Part shown: positions 1 to 12,890 of the stretch, one piece after another | How the letters are laid out: every line of letters starts with the position of its first letter | Numbering within the stretch: position 1 is the stretch's first letter | Assembly (NCBI RefSeq): GCF_947568905.1 | Contig: NC_079165.1 | Span: 30,504,001 to 30,568,000, forward strand | Reading direction: 5' to 3' | From: Ostrea edulis | Lineage: Eukaryota | Length of the DNA stretch: 64,000 nt | Made by a program: the position numbers and the translations under genes | Notes under the pieces: model-generated | What the model saw: the letters and a program-made list of their open reading frames with translations, nothing else | Told to the model about the DNA's origin: nothing | The model's database searches: none

Positions 1-175
1 TTTACTGAATCTGTCTAACCATGTGTACATTTTATATCAATTTTAAATCAGAAATTAATTCCTGAAAAATCATTCATATTTAAAGTACCTCCACCCCCAT
101 TTTTTTTTTTTTTGGTTATATGAAAGTCATCAATTATATTTGAAATTTTAAAATTCTTTTTAATTTTTTTAACAG

Positions 176-300
176 ATTTTACAGACATCATGCATATTGG
201 AGATCTGGTAGTAGCTTGGGAAAAACAATTGGAAAGTTCTTCTATCCTACGTTGTGACTATGATAAGAAATCATTCCATCACAACAGTACTGTGCATTGA
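176..300 (+). CDS. Possible terminal coding exon of a gene starting left of the window (product unknown)
   Basis: T-rich tract and aacAG acceptor end at 175. One open frame reads FTDIMHIGDLVVAWEKQLESSSILRCDYDKKSFHHNSTVH* (TGA 298-300). AATAAA follows near 360-375. No family recognised. Confidence 0.3.
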
Positions 301-586
301 AATACCCTTTGATATTAATTTAAATGTGTGATAAATTCTTAATGCATTTTCATAAGTGATATAAATAAATATAAACAAGTAAACATAGTTTGATGTTCAG
401 TTTTTATATTGTACATAATGTATATCACCAATTTACATATATGTAATTTGGGTTAAATCCAAAAGGTCTACAGGTCCCAGTCACCTGAGTTTGACACATG
501 TTGGTAGGAATTTGTGATCGGGGCAGGAGAATTACCAACAACATCCATTATATTAACTTCCTGGAGTTTCTGTAGGAGCCAAACTG

Positions 587-647
587 ATCACTTCCTGTAT
601 CAATTCAAAGGCTTAATCACTTCCTGTATCAATTCAAAGGCTTAATC
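587..647. repeat. Short tandem duplication (~30 bp x2)
   Basis: atcacttcctgtatcaattcaaaggctta occurs twice in direct succession. Confidence 0.85.
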
Positions 648-3236
648 TGAAATATAACAAAACGTTACAATTCAATAAACATGTACTTACTGTCTAGTAT
701 TATGAATATCCACTCACATACATACTAATTATTGGGTCAATTTAAAAAATGTACATATTTGAGGTAAAGAAAAACAAAACAAATTCAAAAGTCGCAGAAA
801 GTTAATTTTCATATTAATGAAGCATTGTAAAATAAATGTCTTAGATACTATTAAATACCAATGTTCTTTAATATTTTTTACATTGAAATTGCTAATTTAT
901 TCAAATATTTCAAATGATTTAATGTAAATTAGTAGATATTAATGGAAATAAGTATGCCAATGGTCAAAATTGACCTACATGTAAAACTTGTACATATATT
1001 CTGTTTCTTTTTCCAACAACTGGATTTATTTAATGATACAAGTTTAATTTTCCATCTCATAATTATAAGAATGTTATCAAAACTATGGTTGTAAGAGATA
1101 TTCATTTATCAATTTCACAATTTATCTCTTTAGTAAATTTGTAAAATTGCTTCGTTTTTGTTTTTTTTTTTGGTTCTGTAACTTGGGAAATTTGCATAAT
1201 ATCAGCATAGATAAATAAATATATGCTCCACATTTAATTAATCAAATGTGGATCATGTGTACTTAGTCATGTTGCATGTATATCATAAAGCTGATTAAGT
1301 ATACTCGACTAGTGATATTTTGATTGTACTACTACTTGTGTAGATTTTTCTATACCTATTTCTGGATTTTATATTAATTATTGTACTTGAGAGAAAACTC
1401 AGTACAAATATGTGTCCTATATTTACTTGTTTTAAAATCATTTACCTTTATGGCATAAAATAATGAATTTTAGAACAATTTACAAGTTTGTCATGCTTGA
1501 CACTGTATTGAGTTTGTATTCAAATTTAGTAACAGTATCGAGAGTAACATCATTGACAAAGTGTAAAAAATCTAAAGGGCATGTGTGTAGAACACAAGTG
1601 AAAAAATATTCAGATTTTATACAAAGTTACTTAACATGCACATTGGCTATGATTCTAATTTACACATTTGCAAAAGTTCAATTCAATCTAGAATAATATT
1701 TATAGATATTTATTTGATATCCTTCACCTAACTTGTATATATATGTATGTACACGTATGTATGTATGTTACATGAACATTCAAAGTATCCATTAAATTTA
1801 CACCAATATGTAATATTTTTGAAAACAAATTTGATAATACAATTCATGTCATTTGTGGCTCTAGTACAAATCTTACAATCATTCCATATGCGGTGTGTGT
1901 AGTCATTTCATAAGTGTTTGTTCCATTCATGATTTAATCATTTTGAATGGCAGGATCATATATGACATTGAATGGAATTGGTTGTTTTTGTTGATTGTCT
2001 TGGAATTGGGGAGGTGGGGGAAGAATGATTCGGACATTGTCATCAACTTCTAACTCATATAAACTAATCTAAACAAATGAATAAAAGTAAACTTCAGTTA
2101 TGAATGACTTGTGTGACCGCATGAAGGGGGGGGGGGGTGTAATAAAAATAATCTTCAGCATGAAATAAGAATTGTGTAACGGGTGAGGGTAGAGGATATT
2201 CGTATAGAGAACAAATAAATCGTGTCATACTATATTAATGTCAATAAAAAAGCTAATATGATTTACATCAAAACTTACGTTCTTTTCTCCACAGCTCTGG
2301 AAGTTTTGTTTATGAAGGGGAAAGTCCAAATCTGTTTTCCGTTTTCGGCCCTTTCAGGTCTTTGTAGCTACGTGTAGCGGTTTGTAATAAAAAAAAAAAT
2401 TGGGATTGGCTTTTTCTTTCATTGTATTCTTGAGTATTCCATGCAAAGACCATGCCATGGACAGCTGATGGACGGCTTATTATGTAGGCCTAACAGTCCT
2501 CAATAGAGTGCTCCGACGGCCAATAATTAATCCATTGTTTTTAATTTCCCCACCCAAACTCCGCAATTGTTTTTGTGTGTAGGGAAACTAAACATTGTTA
2601 CTCTGTCTATATTAAACCTTGCAGTCAGCAACCGCACAAAACACCATATTTACTCGTTGTTTACCGGACCTCACCTGCTGATTAGCGTCTTTAGTTTCAA
2701 TATGGCGGTTTCGTGTAAAGGGGCATAACTCCCGCAATATTTTCTGCTCTGACACAGGTGCGATATCTTTATCCGCGCGTATCGCGGATATATGACCAAA
2801 ATGAACCGAACAAACCCTCACAATCATTTTATACGATCTAAATGAAGCAAATACATACTTAATATGGAAAAAGTTATATTTCGTTTCAGTTGACAATATA
2901 CAACCAATCTATGATAAATCCAGTTCATTGTTTTATGAATATACAGTTATAGTAAATTAGATAGAATTTTGCAATTGAAATTATTTCTGAAATCATAGTT
3001 TCATAATCTTTCTTCCTATTTCTCAAACTATATAATATGTAAGTGGAGGCCTTGTTACGCCTCTACAAATATAACTCAGTAGATCTTATCACATTTTGTT
3101 GCCAAACTGTCTGTCGTTTGTAAACTTTACACAAGGAGATCACCAGTATTGCTTTACGAAAGATTCCTAAATCGTCTTAACTATTTCCTAAATCTTTCAA
3201 ATAATTTATTAAAACCGTTCTAGAAAACGATTCACG

Positions 3237-5450
3237 TTTTTAGCTCGCCTGGGCCAAAGGTGAAAGCGACTTTTTTCTGATTAAAATTTGTCCGTTGCCT
3301 GTCGTCGTCAGTATTTTAAACTTTTCACAATTTCATCTTCACTTTCAACCAAACTTTGCAGAGTATCATTGGGTGAAAGGAAGTTTGTTAAGTTTAAGGG
3401 AGATACATGTATAAACAAGAATAGGCAAAATCGGGGGTCTTTTAAAAATCTTTTCAAGAATTAATGGGCCAGGAAAGATAAAATTTATGTGGGAGCTTCA
3501 AATTTGTCCAAATCATAGTCCCCAGGGGTAGGGGGGTTGGGAATATATAGGGAAACATCGTTAAAATTCTTCTTCTCAAAAATTCCAGGGCAATTCATAT
3601 AAATATACAAGCATCATCCCGTAATTTTAAAGAAATAGTGAAAATAATTTTCTCAAGTACCACTGGTCCAGAAAAGAAAATTTTATTTAAAATCAAAGCT
3701 TCTTATATGAGTGGAGATTCAAATTTGTTCAAATCATTGACCTGAAGACAGGGTGGGACCACCATAGGGGATCAAAATTTTACAAGATCAACAGGGTCTT
3801 AAATTATGGACCCGGGGGTAAGGGTGGGCCACAAGATTAGTTATTAGCTTATCTGAGCTGAAAGCTCAAGTAAGCTGTTCAGATCATCTTTTGTCTGTTG
3901 TCCGTCCGTTTGTCTGTCTGTCCGTAAACTTTTACATTTTCATTTATTCTCCAGAGCCACTGGGCTAATTTCAACCAAATTTGTCACAAATCCTCATTGG
4001 GTAGAGGGATATCAAGTTTCTTCGAATGAAGGGTCATGCCCATTCAAAGAGAAGATAACCAAGAAAAGGCAAAAAATAGGGTGGGTCATTTAAAATCTTC
4101 TGAAGAACCAATTGGCCAGAAAAAGTTGAAAACATGAAAGCTTACTGACATACAGTAGATTCAAGTTTAATCAAATCATAGCCACCGGGGGTAGGGTGGG
4201 GGCCACAATAGGGGGTTAAAGTTTATCATGCGGATATACCTGTATAGGAAAAATCTTCTCAAGAATAACAGGACCATGAATAGTTATATTAGTTTACAAG
4301 AATTCCCCGATAGTGCAGATCCACGTTTGTTCAAACTGTAGCCCCCGGAAGTAGGGTGGGCCACAATAGTGGATCAAAGTTATACATGGAAATATATAGA
4401 GAACATCTTTAAAATCTTCTCAATAACAGAAGGTTCACGATTAGTCATATAATTATGCAAAACATCCCCAGGGAGTACAAATCAAGTTTGTTCAAATCAT
4501 GATCCTCGGGGGGTAGGTTGGGGCAATCAGAGTCTCAATAGAGAATCAAGGTTTTACATAAGAATTTCAAGGAAAATATCTTTAGAAACCTTCATCTCTA
4601 CAACAGCAGGGTCATGGTCATATTTACATGCAAGCATCTTTCGGTAAGGCAATTCACATTCAAGTTTGTTCAGTTCAGGGGTCCCCAGGATTGGATGGGG
4701 CCACGTTAGGAGATCAAAGTTTTATATGGACATATGGAATTCAAGTAATTGATTAAAATAAATTCTTATTAAAAGTACCAGGGCTACGCTAAATCACATT
4801 CACATGTCAATGTTCTTAAGTTTGTGGGTTTTTTTAAAAATTCAAATCACCAACCCTGGGCATGAGATAGATCAAATTTAACGTATTTGCGTGTATACAG
4901 GAAAGAAAATATTTTAACAAGTCCTCTTCATCAGAATAGCAGTTAGTCATATTGAAGTGTTGTGTGAATTTAAGTTCGGTGATGTCATGACCCTTTGGAG
5001 CTACATATATAGGTTGGGGCCTCTATGTGGTCAACATTATTCATGGGAATAAAGACTGAAAATATATCTTTTAAGGTGACTGGGGTGAGCAATGTGGCCC
5101 ATGGACCTCTGTATTGATATGCAAGCATCGAAAGATAGTGCAGATTGAATTTTTTTTAAACCATGCCCCCAGGGGTAGGGTGAGGCCTCAATAGCGGATT
5201 AAAGTTTTACATAAGGATATATGGGGAAATTCTTATCAGTAACAAGGTCATGATTTGTGGTTATTATGGAGATTTATTAAATACCAGAAGAACCATGATT
5301 TGTAATATCGATATTTAAACATTTTCAGGTACAATGGTGGATTTCAATTTATTCAAATCATGGCCCCGGGGGTAGGGTGGGCCACAATAGGGGAACAAAT
5401 TTTTACATGGCAATATGAGGAAATGTGTTTTAAAAATCTTTTTAAAACCG
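3237..5450 (+). mobile_element. Non-autonomous Helentron/HINE-type element with central satellite-like repeats (outer copy)
   Basis: 5' tttagctcgcctgggccaaagg...ttttctga, degenerate GTCY microsatellite, then ~170-bp monomers (gggtagggtgggccacaatag motif). Matches the HINE architecture known from oysters. Confidence 0.7.
3844..5111 (+). mobile_element. Complete HINE nested inside the outer HINE
   Basis: 5' ttagcttatctgagctgaaagctcaag, (GTCY)n, internal monomers, 3' ggtgagcaatgtggcccatggacctctg. Removing it rejoins an outer monomer motif (gattagtta|tattgatatgcaagcatc). Confidence 0.75.
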
Positions 5451-6323
5451 GTAGGGCCGTGTTTTATTATTATTATTATGTTTTCGGCCAGAATATGAGC
5501 TTCATCTACTCGTTTAATCATGTTCTAACACTAGAGCCATATTTTCCATTTTATTGCTAGCTTAAATCTCTGTTTACTATTTCACATGATAATTTACTAG
5601 ACTACATACTACTGTACACAGGTCTAGTTTCCCAACGCTCTACATGCACCTTTCCTGTCAGAAATATATATTTGTTGACTTTGACCATTATCTGACATAC
5701 CCATGCAATTGGTTATGTGTGCAAAACTCATTTATCAGTTTTCTGTGATTCTATGATATTATTCAATTTTTTACCCCTCTACCCTAGACATGATCAGTAC
5801 GGGAATATCTGATGATTGCTGCTAATTTTTTTGTTTCTTGAGTTGGTCCACTTTATTTACAATTTTTGTTTTCTGTATAAAAATTTTCTTAATTAAATAT
5901 TTTTATAATTTTTCACGTTTCTTTCGTTTATCATTTATTAACTTTATAAAAATATTTTTATTATTCATTATCATTGCTATTATTCATTTATTTATTCTTA
6001 GTACACAGTAACAAGAAAATCTCACCGGGTACGAGTTGACTTTTGCACTGATTAACGTAATTAGTTTACTATCATTACTACTTTGTGCATTGTGCATCAG
6101 TCCATTGTACATGTACGAGGAGGGCGTGTCTTAATTCGCTCCGTACGAAACGTTGATTAGTAAGTCAAAAACAATAAACATGTAATTGGCAGTGTAAATA
6201 TTTTGTAGATTTGGTGTATAGTTTTAATGCTAGTGGTCATGTTTTGTTTGTTGTCCCCCCCCCCCCACCCATTTTATTTGGTACATGTATATCTTTAGTC
6301 ATCTTATGTATAAAAAAAATCAT

Positions 6324-6361
6324 TTGTCCTGAAGAAGGGTCAGATCGTCCCGGAAAGACAA
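6324..6361 (+). other. Degenerate hammerhead-ribozyme core, probable Penelope-like relic
   Basis: ttgtc-CTGAAGA-agggtcagatcgtcccg-GAAA-gacaa. Stem I (ttgtc/gacaa) and a GGG/CCC stem II are present; stem III and the NUH site are missing. Confidence 0.35.
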
Positions 6362-6611
6362 TCTAATTGTTCGTGTCGTTGGTCATTGTAGTGCTTTGTA
6401 TACATACATATAATTATTCATACGTACCTATGTACGTACATACATACATGCATGTATACATATATGACAATTTTTTTGGTATATAAATTCTGTGCTTTTT
6501 GGTTTCAGATGCATGCTCTTTATTTATTTAGTTATGCCGATCTAAATTAATTTGAAATTTTTTATGCATAGGTAAGCTCTTAAGATACCTCCTCATTGTC
6601 CACCATGTCTA

Positions 6612-6743
6612 ATTCATAATACTCCCTGCTCCGTCCTATCTAATTACTGATACTCCCTGGTCCGTCCTATCTAATTCCTGATACTCCCTGGTCCGTCCTA
6701 TCTAATTCCTGACACTTCCTGGTCCGTCCTATCTAATTCATAA
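6612..6743. repeat. ~30-bp minisatellite, ~4 copies
   Basis: Unit actccctggtccgtcctatctaattcctgat repeated. Confidence 0.85.
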
Positions 6744-6776
6744 TACATGTCGTACATATGTAGATGTCTACTTTGT

Positions 6777-7830
6777 TCATAAACTCAAGATAAAATCATA
6801 CCATGCTGTGACTTTACACAAAGAGACAAATTGATTAAGCTTTTCAGTCATTCCTTTTATACACCTACATAGATTTTTCGACAATATCTCATTATCTTGG
6901 GAAAGAATCGGTTGCACATGCGATATTTTAATTAACATGAGTATCTCATTAAAGGCTACTTGCAATTCCTCCTAACGAATAAAATCCAATGTTTAACTTA
7001 TTGCTCTATTCAGATGGGAATCCTAATATTTCTGCCTCGGTGGCATCTTTGAAAATTTACCATTGATCTCCGTAAAGCAAAGCGGGAAGTCACGCGCGGG
7101 ATGATGAAGGTTCACGGATAAAAAAAATCTTACCGTTGACGAGCAATCAATCTCATCGTCAAATTGGAACAGTCTGCTCAAAGGATAAAGACATGCTTAA
7201 CGATGAAACGTATCCCCACATGGACTGATAAAAATCGTTATCTGTCCTCATCTTGTTCAAACAAAATACCAGGAATCTGCTCTATGATCATATTGAACAC
7301 CTTTCTTGTTCAAATATCATGGCGTGCTCTCTGGAAAACAAATTGTTAATGTTTCCCTTTTCCGGTTCAATTTTTCGAGCATTCAAGGAATAATTTTCAT
7401 TTAACCAGAACACTGAAGCCTAATCAGAAACAGAATCTACAAAATGCATCCTAACAGGGACTTAATTCGCAAGAATTTGTTCGAAACATGCTGATGTTAT
7501 TTGGATTTGCAAACTACGGTTGAAATCAACGATCAACGGGTTTAGTTCTTCAGCTTCCTTCACATACGCTCATGTTTTAGAACAATATGCAAATTCTTGG
7601 AAACCATAGCTTAAAACATAACAACTATAATGTATTTAATGATTTGTATGGGGCAATTTAAAGGTAACATATGGGTTAAGGCAAGCCATTTCTAACCCGT
7701 CTCCAGTCCTGCAATCAAATGCTATATAGTATGACTCTTCACAGATTTGCTCTGCCTTTCGATCAGTCAAGTTTAAACAAGCAGCACTAGCAATATTTAC
7801 CCCTCTTGAATACTCAAACACGTTATTGAC
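6777..7830 (-). pseudogene. Decayed intronless coding relic, family unidentified
   Basis: Long coding-like stretches with scattered stops (KGVQYDHRADSWYFV*, FFLSVNLHHPARDFPLCF, EELQVAFNEILMLIK) link the short ORFs 7636-7821 and 6777-6965. Confidence 0.3.
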
Positions 7831-8719
7831 AAAAACAACTGTAAAGTTTTACTAGAAATTGATTTTGATTTCAATAAAGGCCATATACTGGTCTTTAATA
7901 CCGGGGGGTAAGAAGCATTGGTCAATTATTCACGATAAGTATCATTAAAATACAGGAGTATACATACATTCGCTCGATTACTTGTTTTCTATAAGTACCA
8001 TTGTTCATCAGCTAAATTGATGAATGTTAGAAATAATAAGACTCCGGCAAGGTTTGACACAAATCAATTAGAGTTTATCTCTTTTTTCACAAACTAAGTT
8101 AAGGAGGAAAACCTGATTATTTTGTATGTATCATTATAAAGTGTATATCAATATGTCATTCATATTTCAGTATACGACCCGCATCAAAGAGATCCCATTG
8201 TGAACGCTTTAATATCGATACCTTAATTAGGAAATCGTTACTGAACACAGAGCCGTACTTAAAATATTGAAACGAGACTAATTGGGTAAATAACATCAAA
8301 TTATTAAATCGATTGACGATATCAGACTCTTCATCTAGAAACCTTCATGCCCAATTTCTTCTAGCACTACTCCATGGTATATGTTGGTGGTTTATTGTCG
8401 TTTTATTGAAATCCCTTGCGTTATAATCCTGAATGACATGGTACAAACAGCTTTAAAAACGGAGAATAATGACTGCCTAGTTTGCTGAAAATCAATTAGA
8501 CGAATTGTTCGATGATTAACACAAGGTTTTTATTCAACGTTTTTCAAACAGACAAACGAATAAAAAAAAAACCGGTCTTTGATGCAAAAGGGCAGGACAC
8601 ACTTCTGCATAGATATACGTCTGATTAAAGATTTTTACATCATGGAGAAATTTACAATTGAAATATATGACCCGTTGGGAATTTAAAAAGAAAGAAAAAA
8701 CCCGAAGAGGATTAAGTAT

Positions 8720-9010
8720 TTATGAAGCATACTTTGCTCCAATGCATTGTCGACTCAGAGATTAGTATTCCGCTATTGTTATTTTTAGTCAAACTTTCAG
8801 CAGACAGGTCAGATTTCTGAATGTATGGATTCTCGTCTGATCGATTCACAGATAATGTTACAAAACAGTCAACATCGCAACGTGTAATTTACCTTGATGA
8901 CATGGAATTAAACGGTTTCCTGTCTGTTGAAGTAATCATCAAACTAAAGCACAAGACTGTATTATGAGCATTTTTTAACAAACGCGGATTTTTGCATTTA
9001 AAACATGCAG
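8720..9010 (+). pseudogene. Possible decayed TIR-domain coding relic
   Basis: Frame-shifted fragments CIVDS / YSAIVIFSQTF / RVIYLDDM / KLKHKTVL* appear in the order of TIR-domain motifs. Weak, by-eye match. Confidence 0.2.
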
Positions 9011-9702
9011 AAAAGCATAGGCCTACTGGTCTTTCTCGTCTAGTGCATCCTATCTTCCAGTTAAGGCTAAATCATATACCGGGACGCCATAGAACACTAC
9101 GATTCCGTACCCCGCGCGGTTTGCATGCGCGTTCTTTCTACATTCCATGCACTGAACTAGAGAGGGATCGAGACCCCAAATGATACATTTACTTGACAAA
9201 ACGTATTTTTGCGACTATTTTCGTATGACTAAAGATGTAAACTTAACTGTCAGTCTTGGAACCTATCTGATAAAAGTCCAATACACTGTAATATTGTACC
9301 AATGATACAGATACTGAACATCAGACAATATGTTAGATTATTTATTGAATAAAAACACTATCGATCAGTGCACATGTATCGTAAGATATAGCAATAACTT
9401 TACATAATATGGTCAATCTAAAACAAAGATAGCATCAAAGACATTGAATGTGAAGGAATTACCAGATATGGACGGTGTTAATTGGATAAATATGAATATA
9501 AAATATTCAGAATACTGTTGAATGCAAACACTAACTACATATGTACATGAAGCACAAATCATATATTCAAGTCATTAAATGCATACCCGGTTAAGCCATC
9601 ACCAATCATGCCACATGTGACCAAAAAAAAAGCTCAACGTAACCACATGATAAAACACGACAACATGAGTAGAAAAATAATGGAAAAAATATCAATATCA
9701 TA

Positions 9703-9972
9703 TCAATGTTCTCTAGACTTTCCTCGAAGTTCCACCATCTCTTTACCATTTTCATCTTCTACGAACAATTTGAGTATATTCCTGGCGAAGGGGAACTCTT
9801 GGACTTCGTTGTCCGCGTTTTTGTTCGCGTCGTTGACCGCCTCGGCTTTTGTGTTGAACCAGTCACCAGAAATTTCTTCTTTGCTTGCAAACCCTCCCGG
9901 TCCCGCCAGGAATTCTGCTCTCCAGCGGTATCGCGGGCACTCCACATCTTTATTCCCTGGTTCTGTTGACAT
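9703..9972 (-). CDS. Small uncharacterised protein (89 aa), single coding exon
   Basis: Clean ORF MSTEPGNKDVECPRYRWRAEFLAGPGGFASKEEISGDWFNTKAEAV... in a GC-richer island. ATG context gaaaATG just after a possible acceptor (tctgacag). Minus-strand AATAAA at 9341-9346. Confidence 0.6.
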   Translation of the reverse strand: MSTEPGNKDVECPRYRWRAEFLAGPGGFASKEEISGDWFNTKAEAVNDANKNADNEVQEFPFARNILKLFVEDENGKEMVELRGKSREH

Positions 9973-12282
9973 TTTCCACTAACTGTCAGATATCCCGAAA
10001 GCTTCTACACTATATATATTTTTTAAATCCAAGTAAACAGTATCCTGTGATCAAAATTCTTTCACAGGTCGTGATGTTTTCTATAAATCCATCGAGTGTC
10101 AGATTCGCTCTTGAAGAACAAGCCTCCGTGCAGTATTACCTGCCCGAACTGAACACTCGGATCTAATACAATGACATCGAATATTTTCCTTGCCTCGTCA
10201 ATCGTAAGCGAAACAGGGACGATGCATCAATATTTCATAGACGTCGAGTGAGTCCGGGTTCCGCTTCCCTTCGTTTTATTACATGCACCCGTGAGTGCCA
10301 ACGCGCATGAATCCGAGCAGAAACAATCAATAGACTGAAAATTCGATTTTGCTGTATACAGCAATGGAATTTCCTTTTAACCAAATGCTTACAAGTTTGA
10401 AATTGTATTTCTGACGCCGTCTTTATTAATACGCCCTAGAACATGACTTTTTTTATACAGAAGTTTTTTGTAGAGAACATTCAAAAAGTTGTGTACACTG
10501 TTAACAAAATACATGGAATGACTTGACAATCAAACAATCAAAATCTTTTATATATCTATCTCGAGATCTCTGATTATTTTTAGATATCTAATGAAATATA
10601 TTACCTAAGCAAAACTTTCCTGTTTTGATCAGCGAGAATAGACCTTTAATTTCAAGATTTAATCCGATAGTTTCCACAGGCTAATTCTTTATCACCACAA
10701 TAACTCTCATTCGTAAATTGCTAATATCATTTTCAAGTTAAGCGCAGGTCCGCTTAGGAATTATAAAAAATAAATTTATTTGTTAAGTCCAAGTTTGAGA
10801 AATGGTGTTTTTTACATATAAAATCAGCAGGGCATGTCTATCAAATACATATCGTGATTTAGGTATATTCCGTACGGTTTAAGTTTTATAGCCAAATGTT
10901 TAAAAAGTACAATTTTTCAGTCAGTGTAAATGTATTCAATATACGCAATAAAATATTACACCAATCTGTAACCATTTTTGGTATGCAAAATTTTGTACAT
11001 TACGAATGAATGATGCATTTGTCTTTAGATTGTCTTTACTCCTTGATCGAATCACATGCATGAACATGCATTATCTGTTGTAAAAGTTATGAAAGAGGCG
11101 ATCATTAATCTTCGTAGTTAAATGGTTAATGGCATATCATCGACAAGGCGACACCCTCCTTGTGGCGACCGATTCCGGTAAATGCAGAATCATTAATGGG
11201 ACATCGTTTTAAAATGTTAACCAAATTAATGTTGCTACAATGTATATATCAAAGAAGAGCTGGTATTCACCGTTCTAACACAAGCAACAAGAAAATAAAG
11301 CGAATTTATATCAAAATAGTGGGAGAAAATCCCGGCAAATTTACGCTTAAAAATGAGCTTCAGAAATATCCCCATCTTACTTTTAGAGTTTGGTTGAATA
11401 AAATACATCAAAAGATAGATAAAATGCAGGTATACAACACACCTCGTGCCGCTGAACATTACCACAGTGCATGTGTAGTGTCGTGTCAGCAACAAGGGTT
11501 AAAATTATCAACGAATTGAGAGGTTATATCATGGATGGATGGAAGCTTTGCACAATTGATATCACATTAATTGTATAAACTCGATCTTCAGCATGAGACA
11601 TTTGACCTTGAAGTCATCTACAGTGAGGACAGGCCTTAGTACTCCTGGGGTCATTAGAGGAACTCGTTACTCTTACTTCTGCTGACTTCCATTACGGTTT
11701 GTTTGATGGAGTTTTGTTTCATATCTCGAACACACGATTACTGCTATGATAATCAGTTGTTGTACATATTAGTAAAAACAATCAAAGTCAATGAAGTCGT
11801 GCTATTCTTTTTCTGTGTGAGTAGACATCAGATTCTTCTTGGAAAGTTTCTTTACTAACTGTTAAATGATATAATGGAGATATAATCCAGACGCCAGTGT
11901 CTTAACGCTATGTGTGATGGTAACCTTGACCTTCAACCCTATGACTTAAATTCCACGAGGATCTCCCTCACAAGTTAAAGAGAATTTTATTGCACAGGTT
12001 AAAATAAAATAAATGTAGGCCTATATCATCCAGAAATCTTTCTCACAACACTTGAACAATTGATCTTAAGGATAGCACGAGCGCTACAATGCGACGTTTT
12101 CCTGACATAATGAAAAGTAACCTATAACAAATATCTCCCCACCTTAGAAATTACAAATAATATGGGTTATATCGGTTTTTTCAGAGACTACGTGAAGTTT
12201 CATTGCTAAATCGTAAATTGTACTTGAATATTCATCGGACATTCAGTTCTTATCATGTAAAACTTGCACGGTACCAATTTTG

Positions 12283-12323
12283 ATGCACCAGATGCGCATT
12301 TCGACAAATAATGTCTCTTCAGT
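12283..12323 (-). ncRNA. Minimal type-I hammerhead ribozyme motif of a Penelope-like element end
   Basis: Minus strand reads a-CUGAAGA-GACA-uuauu-UGUC-GAAA-UGCGCA-UC-uggugc: conserved core, 4-bp stem II, palindromic stem III (AUGCGCAU), AUC cleavage triplet. Stem I is truncated. Confidence 0.7.
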
Positions 12324-12804
12324 ATCTTACAAAGATATAACCCTTTGATGTTTGAGCTACATTGTATAAACAATACTGGCCATCGTTTTATAGAATCTTT
12401 AAATATGAAGGTCTATTGCTAAAGATAAAGTGCCATTTGAGATATCCGGAAAACCATGTCCTATCATTTACCAAACTTGGATTTCTCGGGGGAAAAAACC
12501 CAAACAAACCCTCAAACATTTCTTTTGATATGACTAAATTCCCAGACTTTAAAAGTCCAAGTTTCGACTTCAGATTGTTTCGAGAAATCTTGTCATTCTA
12601 ACCTTAGAAATGATGGGAGTCATCTCTATACCCTTCGTTTGTGAATATTTCATTCAATGTAGAAAAAGATTGGACAGCAGGCTGTGAGCCTATAAACGTC
12701 CTCTCCATATCTTTATAGTCACAGTCTTCGTGTAAAACTAAGCTACTCAACTTCAAATGGCATTAGTATTGAGATATTCTCCGGAAATCAATTTAAAAGT
12801 ATTA

Positions 12805-12890
12805 CGTACAACAGACGGACGGATAGACAAGTGGACGGACCCACATTGATAACCTCCGCTATCGCTATTTCTAACAGCGGGGACAAAAAA
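12805..12890 (-). mobile_element. HINE 5'-end fragment
   Basis: Reverse complement reads tttttgtccccgctgttagaaatagcgatagcggagg...gtccgtccacttgtctatccgtccgtctg (sub-terminal IR plus GTCY microsatellite). Confidence 0.55.

Noticed and set aside
2275-2400. Possible minus-strand exon ending in a GTAAGT donor
   Set aside because: No supported partner exon or recognisable product. It may be a 5' UTR exon but cannot be called.
11252-11278. KKSWYSP peptide as the missing CWC25 N-terminal exon
   Set aside because: It is followed immediately by a stop, has no suitable splice sites, and lies 16 kb upstream. Judged chance.
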